DNA of 60,367 bases from a virus (Duplodnaviria > Caudoviricetes). Below the pieces are notes generated by a model. The model had not been told where the DNA came from. It did no database searches and was given only the letters and a program-made list of their open reading frames with translations. This document shows positions 39,287 through 47,792 of this stretch, in pieces (position 1 is the stretch's first letter; each line of letters opens with the position of its first letter). The stretch lies in IMG/VR virus record IMGVR_UViG_3300016466_000235, positions 1 to 60,367 of that record. The stretch is one strand, 5' to 3'. The position numbers were made by a program, and so were the translations under genes.

Positions 39287-39597
39287 GTCTTTTTTCGTTC
39301 GCGCTTGCTTTTTTCTGAAACTAGACGCCTAGAGGAATCCCTTAGAAACGAACGGTTGACACTTGCGGGCTGTATGGTGTAGCCATCTTTGTTATTACCA
39401 CCTTTGCTCAAAGCTTTTTTGTGAGAGACGTCTTTGCCCTCACGCATGTCTGCTTTGCCGTTACCGTTCTTGTCTTTGCCCTTCTTGTCAAGAGCACGTC
39501 TAGCCCGTTGTCGCTCCATGCGGTCTGCATGTTCACCCCGCGCAACTTGTTGCTCGTATTCTTTCTTGTAGGGCCTTGGCTTGTTGACGTAGGGCAT
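39283..39597 (-). CDS. small basic HNH-like protein
   Basis: YKKEY...RQRARR...GKDVSHKKALSKGG.N...NRS. Confidence 0.65.
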   Translation of the reverse strand: MPYVNKPRPYKKEYEQQVARGEHADRMERQRARRALDKKGKDKNGNGKADMREGKDVSHKKALSKGGNNKDGYTIQPASVNRSFLRDSSRRLVSEKSKRERKKT

Positions 39598-39599
39598 GA

Positions 39600-40262
39600 T
39601 TAAGCCTTATTAAATTTGCATGTTTTCACTGCGCAGTACGCACACAGAGCTGATGGAGACTCAACCCACTCGTCCTTCTCATGTGCCAACTTCAGTCGCT
39701 CAAGGTCGGGCAGGAAGTGCTCCCAAAGAGATGCGCTATTTTCTCTCGTATAGTCTTCTGATACAAGATGTTTTTTATTGACAAACACAAGAGCAGAGCG
39801 TACAGAGTCCACCTCAGAAAAGTGCGCAAAAATCATCAGCGCCATGAGCTTCAACTGGTTCACGTCAGGGTAGCGCTCACTGCCTGTCTTCCAGTCAACT
39901 ACTGTAGCGATCTTGTTCTCGCGGTTTAGGATGATCAGGTCAGCAATGCCTCGCACCCACCGATTCTTGTCTGAAAAGTCGCATGCGGTACGGTCAAACT
40001 TCAACGCCATCTTATGCTCAACCATCTTTTCTCCGGGTAGCTCCAAGATGGGATCAATATATTCCTTGTAGTGCAGATAATTTTTAGGTAGAGGTGTGCC
40101 ATCCTTAATGTAGTGTTCGATGGCGCTATGGATTCGTTGCCCTACAAGGATTGCTTCAGTGGGTACAAACTCAAAGTTCTTAAGAATTTTTATTTCATGG
40201 TATCTCTTAGGACACCCAGCAAAATCTTTAAGACTTGAGTACGACCACTGAAGCTGATCCAT
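39600..40262 (-). CDS. PD-(D/E)XK Cas4/RecB-like exonuclease
   Basis: SYSSL..F..CP...G..IH...RGIADL...DWKTG...QL...CAYC....C. Confidence 0.88.
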   Translation of the reverse strand: MDQLQWSYSSLKDFAGCPKRYHEIKILKNFEFVPTEAILVGQRIHSAIEHYIKDGTPLPKNYLHYKEYIDPILELPGEKMVEHKMALKFDRTACDFSDKNRWVRGIADLIILNRENKIATVVDWKTGSERYPDVNQLKLMALMIFAHFSEVDSVRSALVFVNKKHLVSEDYTRENSASLWEHFLPDLERLKLAHEKDEWVESPSALCAYCAVKTCKFNKA

Positions 40263-40266
40263 TTTA

Positions 40267-40473
40267 CTAACCCTTTATTGTATGCGGCAACGGGACCACC
40301 TTATGGAGACGGTGTTTCATCTCACGAGCTTCGGTACAAAGTTCGGTAACCGCTTGTAGACACTCATTAAAATTTTTGTCGTTAAAAAATCTTTCGACGC
40401 CCGTCACTAAACTCTTGACGCGGATTAAATTTTCTGAGTAGTCATCATACTCCATGGCTTGTTTCATTAGCAA
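40267..40473 (-). CDS. hypothetical protein
   Basis: Short in-operon ORF; start uncertain. Confidence 0.55.
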   Translation of the reverse strand: MLMKQAMEYDDYSENLIRVKSLVTGVERFFNDKNFNECLQAVTELCTEAREMKHRLHKVVPLPHTIKG

Positions 40474-42347
40474 TCTCCATAAGAACGACCAAAATTTGCT
40501 TCACAGGTGACTGGAAGCCCCGACGCCCAAGTGGGCGCTATCTTCATACACCGAGTTATGTACTCGGTTGCACTTTCTACCTCATCTTCAGGAACTACGC
40601 AAACCACCGCGTCATGAACAGTCAGCACGGGGCGATACTCCTTACTGATCTCCAACATCTGCTCCCCCACGATGCACCGTGCCAATGCTTGCACGATATT
40701 CTCCACAACTGCTCCACCCCAGATTGACACCGGACCTTTGCGAGACTCATACATAATTTTGGATTTTGCTTCGCTAGTGTCTTTCTTAATATTTGCGTAT
40801 CTTATAAAAAAGTTATTAGGCAGTAAGATCCCTTGCGGCGTAGCGGTCACGCAGTCTTTCTTGCCAAGATAGTAATCAGTGATGGGCGCACCGTTTTTGA
40901 TAGGCCAAGATATAAGCTGCTCCAAGTATGAGTCGCAGTCAGCCCACAGGTCTGTGATCTTGTCATTCTCTTCTCTGTAAAGATTGACCATCTCTTTGGC
41001 TTCGTCTTCCGTGACAGTCGCGCCGGGAGGTTGCGTCTTTAGAGTGTGCTGGAGCTTCAGCGCGCCTGTGCCATATCCTAGCCCCAAGATGCAAGTCTTA
41101 CCCACAAAGCGTTCAATAGGATTATCTTTGCTAATCCTTCGCTTATAAATTTTACTAGCAAACTCGGAGTAGACATCACGCCCCTCAGCAAACGCCTGTA
41201 CCACGTCTGTTTGACCTGCCAGCCACGCAAGCACACGCGCCTCGATCTGAGAAGAGTCACAGTTAATGACTACGTAACCGTCTGGAGCGACCACCGCGTT
41301 CTTGAGAGCTTTCTTCTTTTTGTCTCTACTCGGAAGATTTTGAAAGTTAACCTTATCAGAGCCAGCCCATCGACCTGTGTGAGCACCATAATATTTAAGA
41401 GGAATAGGTAGTCGACCATTATTTCTAGAACCAACGTCAATGAACCGTTGTATACGGGATTCTTCGATGGTTGATTTAGTACCGAGCCGGACAGAGCATA
41501 AATGTTGTACGAACGAGTCTTCATGCTCTAATAATTCAAGGAAGCCCTCATCATTTTTAGCGAGTGCGTACGTATCTTTTCCTGTGCGAGGTGAAACTTT
41601 CATTGGTACTTCAACACCAAACGACGTTAGCGTATCCGCGAACTTTTTATTTGATGCTAGTTTTTGCCTGACCTCTTCTTCGTCTGCGCACTCAAGTTTT
41701 TCTTTGAGCGACCCAAGCAGTTCCATCTTCTCGTTGTTTAGCTCAACAAGTCTTTCCTGAAGCAGACTGCTATCGACCGTCAGCACAGGCTGAATAAACA
41801 TGCGTAGCGTTAAGTCGATAAGGTCAAGCTCACTCTCCGCAAACCTCGACACCATGCAATTGAATAGTTTATAAGTTAGCTCAACGTCGTTCTTGCAGTA
41901 CTCGCCATAGCGGTTTAGTTCTGCTTCGGTAAAGTCGGCTGCGCGTTTGCCTTTAGCCTCAATTACCTCAGTACCTTTCACTCCGATCTCATATCGTTCG
42001 GCAAGAGCTTTTAATGAGCCACCTGCGTCTACGCCGTGCAGTGCGCGAGCCATGCTAAGTGTGTCAATGTATTTCTTTGGAAAGATTTTTAGGTTCCACG
42101 CTAGTATCGCGCCGTCAAACATTGTATTATGACAGATCAGCGCAGAGTTTCTCCAAGGAAGAGAGAGAAGATGCTTATTTAGTGTTTCACGTGCACCTGA
42201 AACCCAATATGCCGGGGCATCATCAATCTTTATTCCTACTCCGATAATCTCAAATTGCTCGTCTCTGATGTACTCTTCAGTCGTTAGGCGAGTCAGCGAG
42301 AAGCCTGTGTCATAAAAAGTTTCAAAGTCGAGCGTTATTAGGTGCAT
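40467..42347 (-). CDS. polA: family A DNA polymerase with 3'-5' exonuclease
   Basis: LDFET, HN..FD, DSSQIEARV (motif A), KTCILGLGYG (motif B), TVHDA (motif C). Confidence 0.95.
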   Translation of the reverse strand: MHLITLDFETFYDTGFSLTRLTTEEYIRDEQFEIIGVGIKIDDAPAYWVSGARETLNKHLLSLPWRNSALICHNTMFDGAILAWNLKIFPKKYIDTLSMARALHGVDAGGSLKALAERYEIGVKGTEVIEAKGKRAADFTEAELNRYGEYCKNDVELTYKLFNCMVSRFAESELDLIDLTLRMFIQPVLTVDSSLLQERLVELNNEKMELLGSLKEKLECADEEEVRQKLASNKKFADTLTSFGVEVPMKVSPRTGKDTYALAKNDEGFLELLEHEDSFVQHLCSVRLGTKSTIEESRIQRFIDVGSRNNGRLPIPLKYYGAHTGRWAGSDKVNFQNLPSRDKKKKALKNAVVAPDGYVVINCDSSQIEARVLAWLAGQTDVVQAFAEGRDVYSEFASKIYKRRISKDNPIERFVGKTCILGLGYGTGALKLQHTLKTQPPGATVTEDEAKEMVNLYREENDKITDLWADCDSYLEQLISWPIKNGAPITDYYLGKKDCVTATPQGILLPNNFFIRYANIKKDTSEAKSKIMYESRKGPVSIWGGAVVENIVQALARCIVGEQMLEISKEYRPVLTVHDAVVCVVPEDEVESATEYITRCMKIAPTWASGLPVTCEANFGRSYGDC

Positions 42348-42549
42348 CTATTTTTACCCTGTAAAGTTTAGTATTGCCTTGTTTGGTCACGATTATTAAC
42401 CCAGCCGCTTCAAGTCCACTAAGCGCGTTTGAAATTGAACTTGTGCTCAAAATAAAATATTTAGCTAACTGTTTTTGAGTGACGGGTTTTTTATGCGTGT
42501 TTAGGTAGTCAAAGACTTTTCGTTCTACTCTAGAAAAAATTGGTTTCAC
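42322..42549 (-). CDS. winged-HTH protein
   Basis: TQKQLA...STSSISNALSGLE.AGLI...LY. Confidence 0.7.
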   Translation of the reverse strand: MKPIFSRVERKVFDYLNTHKKPVTQKQLAKYFILSTSSISNALSGLEAAGLIIVTKQGNTKLYRVKIDAPNNARL

Positions 42550-42881
42550 TTTTCTTCCCCGTAAAGAATTTTAGTCAAAGCTTCACGACGATCTTTAACT
42601 TCCGGGGAATAATCTAAAGTATCGCTTTCCTCCCACACACGCAGAAATCTTTCAAGGTCGGCAGCTGCTTCCTTAAGTTTTAAGAACTGATCATTATCTT
42701 TCTTTGTTGATTTAATCCCTTCGATTACGGCACGGGTGAATAAGATAGAAATTAGCTGGTTCATGTCTTCCCGCGAGCAGTCAAGGTTGTAAGTAACAGT
42801 ACCATCATCGTTCTCCTCTACCTCTTCAAGATGAAAAGAAAAGGATTTAATACCTGCGTCATTGTTTTGTGCAATCGTCAT
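42546..42881 (-). CDS. hypothetical protein
   Basis: GAAAGGA RBS; coupled to the downstream gene. Confidence 0.65.
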   Translation of the reverse strand: MTIAQNNDAGIKSFSFHLEEVEENDDGTVTYNLDCSREDMNQLISILFTRAVIEGIKSTKKDNDQFLKLKEAAADLERFLRVWEESDTLDYSPEVKDRREALTKILYGEEK

Positions 42882-42907
42882 GAGGTTTCCTTTCGGGGGG
42901 TTGGGAA

Positions 42908-43339
42908 ATGGTTAAGTTCAAAAAAATAAAAAAGCTGACCGTGGGCTTGAGGCAAGAATTGGAGACACTCCAACGCGCCTGCTTACCCGAAGACACCCCC
43001 GTCTTTCCTGAGAACGGAGTATGGTGGGTCGGTCTCGACGGGTCACAAGCGGTAGCATTCTGTTTGATAGAACCATCTTGCCAATGGCTCGACACCGCTT
43101 ATCTTGCTCGTTCTGGGGTCTTGAAGGCATGGCGGGGTCAGGGATTGCAGAAGAAAATGATCGGGATACGCGAACGCTACGCAAAAAAGGCTGGCTACAG
43201 ATGGATGATCAGCGATACTACCGACAACCCCCCAAGCGCTAACAGTCTCATGTCTAGAGGTTACCGCATCTTTGCCCCCAGTGCACCTTGGGGAATGGAC
43301 TGCACTCTTTATTGGCGAAAAAGGCTTAGGGAGGACTAA
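42908..43339 (+). CDS. GNAT acetyltransferase
   Basis: GV..AWRGQGLQKKMI, N.PSANSL...GY. Confidence 0.85.
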   Translation: MVKFKKIKKLTVGLRQELETLQRACLPEDTPVFPENGVWWVGLDGSQAVAFCLIEPSCQWLDTAYLARSGVLKAWRGQGLQKKMIGIRERYAKKAGYRWMISDTTDNPPSANSLMSRGYRIFAPSAPWGMDCTLYWRKRLRED

Positions 43340-43731
43340 TGCCATACAAAGACCCCGAAGTTAAGAAAGCCAAACACCGAGAGTATTCCAAAAAGTGGTA
43401 CCAAAAAAACAAAGGAGCACATCAGAACACTGTCAAGAAGAACAAAGTTAGTGCCAGAAAAAAATGGGTTGAGTTCAAAGCATCCCAAAAATGCGCCCAT
43501 TGCGGAGCGTCTCATCCAGCCATCATTGACTTTCATCATGTCATCAGAGATAAAACTAAGAAAGCCGTAAACAGGTTAGTAGGGGACAACAAATACAGAG
43601 CGGCATACGAAGAAATAAAAAAATGTATACCGCTCTGTTCAAACTGCCACCGAGTCCTGCACTGGGACGAAGCACAGATTAAAAAGCTTAAGCGGGAACG
43701 GAAGAAGGCCAAAGTAAAGGTATCTCAATAG
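43339..43731 (+). CDS. HNH endonuclease
   Basis: CAHCG...DFHH...C.PLCSNCHRVLH; TAATG coupling to the GNAT. Confidence 0.8.
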   Translation: MPYKDPEVKKAKHREYSKKWYQKNKGAHQNTVKKNKVSARKKWVEFKASQKCAHCGASHPAIIDFHHVIRDKTKKAVNRLVGDNKYRAAYEEIKKCIPLCSNCHRVLHWDEAQIKKLKRERKKAKVKVSQ

Positions 43732-43984
43732 CCTCTTCCTCATCCTCATCCTCATCTTCTTCTGCTACAACTTCCTTGGCTTCACGGTTTGCAATGTAAA
43801 CCTCTTCCACGATGTCCTTAATTTCAGCAGCTTTTGACGATACGATGCCCAATACCGTGGCGACAGAGTCCGCGTTAAACCCGGACGTATCATTAAGAAC
43901 GGCGTCTTGCAGCACATCAACGAGCGCCTGAAGTTCATAGGACGAGGTCTCAAGATCGTTAAGATGGTTCCATGTGATGTTCAT
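43688..43984 (-). CDS. acidic hypothetical protein
   Basis: AGGAG RBS; EEDEDEDEEE tail. Confidence 0.65.
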   Translation of the reverse strand: MNITWNHLNDLETSSYELQALVDVLQDAVLNDTSGFNADSVATVLGIVSSKAAEIKDIVEEVYIANREAKEVVAEEDEDEDEEEAIEIPLLWPSSVPA

Positions 43985-43993
43985 TTGATGCTC

Positions 43994-44215
43994 CTAAGTT
44001 AGAAATTTTTCAAAGAGCCGACAAAAGTCAGCATGTACATCTTCCAGCAAGTGTGTTTCATTTTCAGGTAGATCCTGATGTTTAATACGGTTTCTCAAAA
44101 GATAGTAAAAACCGTTTGCATTTGTACGCGCTTCTTCTGCCAGCCGTTCAGAGGTCAGCAGTTGGATGGCATCCTCTATGCTTTCCACTTCAATCGTCAT
44201 CCGAATCATGGTCAT
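43994..44215 (-). CDS. hypothetical protein
   Basis: Start placed after GAGGAGGAAG. Confidence 0.6.
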   Translation of the reverse strand: MTMIRMTIEVESIEDAIQLLTSERLAEEARTNANGFYYLLRNRIKHQDLPENETHLLEDVHADFCRLFEKFLT

Positions 44216-44291
44216 CTTCTTCCTCCTCGTCGTCTGGGCCATTAATCTTCCAAAAGTCTGGGTCTGGGGTCCAAGGTGGTATATCGCTCAT
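44190..44291 (-). CDS. 33-aa acidic peptide absent from the ORF track
   Basis: AAGGAG RBS and ATGA coupling; MSDIPPWTPDPDFWKINGPDDEEEEDDHDSDDD. Confidence 0.55.
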   Translation of the reverse strand: MSDIPPWTPDPDFWKINGPDDEEEEDDHDSDDD

Positions 44292-44656
44292 GTATTTTTC
44301 TCCTTTAGTTTGGCTTCGATGGCTCGGGCAAAATCAAACTCATCCTCATTGTCCATCGCATCATAGATGTCAGCCTCTGTCAGCCCAACCCATTCACGCT
44401 TTGCTAAATGCCTTCCTCTTGGTGTACATGGCTCCTTACAAGAGTCATACTTTTGGCAGCATAGTTCATACTCATCTTTAATCTTTGGTGAAATCTGAGC
44501 ATCACGAATTGGAAACCCACGCCTACGCACCTCTTCAAGCAAAGCATCATCAGTAACGTTCCGCCACTGTTCCATGCAAATCAACTCGGCAAAGTGTTCG
44601 ATGTCCCCATGCAAAGTCAGGCCGTGTTCTTCGATCAGTTTGAATACGTCAGTCAT
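44288..44656 (-). CDS. modular WVGLT/AIEAKLKEKN protein
   Basis: EWVGLTEADI...FARAIEAKLKEKNT. Confidence 0.7.
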   Translation of the reverse strand: MTDVFKLIEEHGLTLHGDIEHFAELICMEQWRNVTDDALLEEVRRRGFPIRDAQISPKIKDEYELCCQKYDSCKEPCTPRGRHLAKREWVGLTEADIYDAMDNEDEFDFARAIEAKLKEKNT

Positions 44657-44847
44657 TTCTTCTCCTCATGATTGTTTATCACCGTCACACCCTTACATGC
44701 CGCAGGCCAAATGTATTCGGCTTGATTGATAGTCAGGTCTCTCGGCCCGTCACGCAACATAGAAAGAAGTTGCGGCGTAGTAGCAGTCCAGTTCTTTGGC
44801 GCTGGCTCTTCTGGGCAAATCGTGAATGTATAAGGCAGTTTAGCCAT
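44653..44847 (-). CDS. hypothetical protein
   Basis: AAGGAGAAG RBS; coupled on both sides. Confidence 0.6.
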   Translation of the reverse strand: MAKLPYTFTICPEEPAPKNWTATTPQLLSMLRDGPRDLTINQAEYIWPAACKGVTVINNHEEKK

Positions 44848-45193
44848 TGTTCTTCTCCTTTAGTTTGGCTTCGATGGCACGAAAATACTTGTATGTATCT
44901 ACTGTGCTGCACGACTTCACGGCGTTATCTATCTCTTCGTCCGTCAGCCCAACCCATTCTGCCTTTTTGATCGCCAGCGCAAAGCTGACTAACCTATCTG
45001 GTTGAAAATTCCAGCGTCCAAAGTCGTCCATCCAACCGTGCTTCTCAGCCAAGTCAAAGATCTCCTCATCAGTCAACCCAACCCATTTGTCAGAAACTCG
45101 TACATTTTTTTCTGACCATGCCGCTTGTTGAGCCTCGTCCCATGCTTTTTCAAGCCAGTTCAGCCATTCGGTTTTTATCATTGGTTTAGCCAC
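44840..45193 (-). CDS. modular WVGLT/AIEAKLKEKN protein (two WVGLT units)
   Basis: GTG start at 45193 after GAGGAGAAG. Confidence 0.7.
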   Translation of the reverse strand: MAKPMIKTEWLNWLEKAWDEAQQAAWSEKNVRVSDKWVGLTDEEIFDLAEKHGWMDDFGRWNFQPDRLVSFALAIKKAEWVGLTDEEIDNAVKSCSTVDTYKYFRAIEAKLKEKNNG

Positions 45194-45204
45194 TGTTCTT
45201 CTCC

Positions 45205-45399
45205 TCATAGGCCAAGTTCCGCATCGATGCGGGCCAGTTCGTCCAATGCTGCCCTTTGACGAGCAGTCAGCCCGACCCATTCTGCCTTTTTGATCTCCAG
45301 CGCAAACTTGATTAGCCCGTCATCCTTGAAATTCCAACGCCCAAAGTCATCCTGCCAACCATGCCGCTCTGATATCTCAAAGATATCTTCGTCAGTCAT
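45205..45399 (-). CDS. modular WVGLT protein
   Basis: HGWQDDFGRWNF...KKAEWVGLT, duplicated in 44840..45193. Confidence 0.7.
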   Translation of the reverse strand: MTDEDIFEISERHGWQDDFGRWNFKDDGLIKFALEIKKAEWVGLTARQRAALDELARIDAELGL

Positions 45400-45602
45400 T
45401 TCTCATTCCCCTTTAGCCACAGTGCGGCGCAAACATATTCAAGTCTTTCGCTTGGCTTCTCAGCGTTTAAAGCATCTTGAAAACCTTTCTCGTAAGACTT
45501 CACAAGATCTTCGGGATTGATGGTCTTAACGTTATCCCTCCAAAACCCAAGCAGTACTACCAATAAACAACCTGCGATAAATCCATATCTGAATCTGTTC
45601 AA
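45396..45602 (-). CDS. small membrane protein
   Basis: N-terminal TM; LEYVCAALW. Confidence 0.65.
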   Translation of the reverse strand: MNRFRYGFIAGCLLVVLLGFWRDNVKTINPEDLVKSYEKGFQDALNAEKPSERLEYVCAALWLKGNEK

Positions 45603-45820
45603 AATAAAGCCTCCTCAATGTTTGATAAAGAATCCGTTTTTGACGTGGCAACACGTTTAATTAGGTCTTTATGGGTGTGGATATAAGATGGGTAAGGCCA
45701 GTCGGTGTTACTGGGGATGCGCACTGTGACGTTATCTCCCTCAATCTTGGAAATAAAACCGATCTGACCTGTCTGCTTAATTCTTACGCGCTGATCTAGC
45801 CGTAGCATCTTTGTGCGCAT
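45599..45820 (-). CDS. SH3/KOW-like small protein
   Basis: RVRIKQTGQIGFI..I....VTV. Confidence 0.5.
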   Translation of the reverse strand: MRTKMLRLDQRVRIKQTGQIGFISKIEGDNVTVRIPSNTDWPYPSYIHTHKDLIKRVATSKTDSLSNIEEALF

Positions 45821-46169
45821 TAATACGATTTATAAGGTGAACCTTTATAAGCAGCAAATCTTCAAGGCGTTTGTTGATTGATTCTACCTCACCCAATAGA
45901 ACTTCAACGTATACATCTAGTACAGGTGTAGCTTCTTCAGGTTTGATTTCACGCACGGATGAACTCATATTTACGTGCGACTTAGATGACTTCACAAAAT
46001 ATTTCTTAGCGGCATTGCGAGAAATAAATCCCTGCTTACGCATGCGGTCAAGGACAGAATAAACAAACCCATTCTTGATGTTTAACTCTTTACCAATTTC
46101 AACCGCGTTTAGTGGGCCCTTATCATTCAACAGGGTTACGATTTTGTGGTCATGTACAGGCTTACGCAT
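45777..46169 (-). CDS. winged-HTH protein
   Basis: GPLNAVEIGKEL....VYSVLDRM.KQGFI. Confidence 0.7.
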   Translation of the reverse strand: MRKPVHDHKIVTLLNDKGPLNAVEIGKELNIKNGFVYSVLDRMRKQGFISRNAAKKYFVKSSKSHVNMSSSVREIKPEEATPVLDVYVEVLLGEVESINKRLEDLLLIKVHLINRINAHKDATARSARKN

Positions 46170-46464
46170 AGTTTGATACTCCTTCTTCTAAAAGTTGAAC
46201 TAAGTTAACTACGTTGAACTCGTTTATCACTAAGGATTGCCCTCCGTTGGTTTCTATCTGCTGAAGATTGTGTATCTGTAGCGCAGTCGGCTTACCTCTT
46301 CCGGCCTTGCATTCGATACCGATGAAGCGACCTTTGTGACAAACAAGGAAATCGGGCGCCCCTGAGTTGCCGTACCCGCCAGTGACAGGCATGACATAGT
46401 AGGCGCCCACTGCTAAGAGAACTTCTTTGACTTTCTTCTTTACCTTACTTTCCGGTGTAGCCAC
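46162..46464 (-). CDS. VRR-NUC-type PD-(D/E)XK nuclease (Holliday junction resolvase-like)
   Basis: TPESKVK...GAPD...FIGIECKAG..KPT.LQ. Confidence 0.85.
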   Translation of the reverse strand: MATPESKVKKKVKEVLLAVGAYYVMPVTGGYGNSGAPDFLVCHKGRFIGIECKAGRGKPTALQIHNLQQIETNGGQSLVINEFNVVNLVQLLEEGVSNYA

Positions 46465-46906
46465 AGAAGCTCTCTAAGTACGGGAATGTTGGGCGATCAT
46501 TGGCGATGTACGCACCGCCGATCCGTCTGTACGAAGTGGTTATAAATGCCATCTTGTTAGAACCATACATCTCACCCTTCATATATGTCAAGTGTTTGCT
46601 CGGTATGACTACAACAAAAAGTGAGGGCGTGACCATCCAACCGATCTCGTACAAGGGATGATCTGGGCGGCACTCATACACATCTCGTAGAAGATTCCCA
46701 CTAGACGGAAGCGCTAGTGGTTCGATAGTAGCCGCACGGATCATTGTGAGTTTGGACTTTATCTCATCAGGTAGTTCGTCTGGTGTGTAATACCTGATAA
46801 GGTTGTCCCCGACATACACCTCGTAGTTGCCCTCAATGAAAGCGACCGGCACACGATGGTGGTCTGTAAGAAGTGGATGTTGTATCGGGGTTAGTTTAGT
46901 TTGCAT
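46445..46906 (-). CDS. hypothetical protein
   Basis: In-operon overlapping ORF. Confidence 0.7.
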   Translation of the reverse strand: MQTKLTPIQHPLLTDHHRVPVAFIEGNYEVYVGDNLIRYYTPDELPDEIKSKLTMIRAATIEPLALPSSGNLLRDVYECRPDHPLYEIGWMVTPSLFVVVIPSKHLTYMKGEMYGSNKMAFITTSYRRIGGAYIANDRPTFPYLESFCGYTGK

Positions 46907-47792
46907 TTAGGCCCACAATCATGAGTTTCTGTAAGAACATGTAGCGGTGATCGTAGTAATGCATCGTGCCAAATTCTTCATCCACATGATCGATTTTAGG
47001 CAGGATCTCTTTGTCCAAATTACCGTGTTGAGTCTCTCGGGCGGTGCGCCACATCTTGTACTGAACTAAAAACTCAACAGGAAGCTCCTCCAAGCTTAAA
47101 TAAGATTTCATGGGCTCCGTGAATTCATACTGTTTATTGTCGTTCAGTTTGATCTTGCCGAAGCTCATCGGCTCGTTATCGCACACACAGAATACATACG
47201 CTTCACTGAACACAGACTTAGCTTCCTCAGAGGCTTTGTCCTCTGCCTCCTTCTCGCTTACAAACTTTTTGATCTTGTCCAACGTGTAAGACAAGGTTGC
47301 GGATTTGTAGGTTGGGTTGATCTCAAGTTTCAGGATTTCCGCGAGTTCGCTTGATACAAGCGGCATGTTGCGATTATGCGAAGTATATCTTCTTGACAGT
47401 GTTTCACGTATGTCTTCTACTTTTTTCTTGGGGTAGTAACGCTCGATTGGTACTACCGGAAGATCTTTCTTTATGGTTCTTATCAGCATCTTGAGGCTAT
47501 TAGATACACGGGAGAGTCTATCTATACCACGGCCTCGATCTCTCTTGACTAATGGGCTAACGAACCGATAAATCGTAGAAAGATCACCATCTTTTGTAGT
47601 GCCGGGCGTAGTAGTGATCGCCCCGACATAAGCGCCATCCTCAGTTGTGATAACCACCATATCGCTCTGATGAACGTCGTAAGCAAACCAGCCGAATACG
47701 ACATTAAGTTCTTGCATAAATTGCCGTGTTGCTTGGTTCTTGTTCAGCATCTCTAGTGCTTCGGGCTTTGTGAATTGGTTGGTGTATTTCAT
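46896..47792 (-). CDS. hypothetical protein
   Basis: 298 aa; AAGGAGAGCAC RBS. Confidence 0.75.
   Translation of the reverse strand: MKYTNQFTKPEALEMLNKNQATRQFMQELNVVFGWFAYDVHQSDMVVITTEDGAYVGAITTTPGTTKDGDLSTIYRFVSPLVKRDRGRGIDRLSRVSNSLKMLIRTIKKDLPVVPIERYYPKKKVEDIRETLSRRYTSHNRNMPLVSSELAEILKLEINPTYKSATLSYTLDKIKKFVSEKEAEDKASEEAKSVFSEAYVFCVCDNEPMSFGKIKLNDNKQYEFTEPMKSYLSLEELPVEFLVQYKMWRTARETQHGNLDKEILPKIDHVDEEFGTMHYYDHRYMFLQKLMIVGLNAN

Noticed and set aside
39600-40262. Cas4-like gene as evidence of a CRISPR-Cas system
   Set aside because: No repeat-spacer array or other cas genes; solo Cas4-like nucleases are common in phage replication modules.
44943-45399. Duplicated segments as a DGR template/variable repeat pair
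   Set aside because: No reverse transcriptase, and the differences are not adenine-specific.
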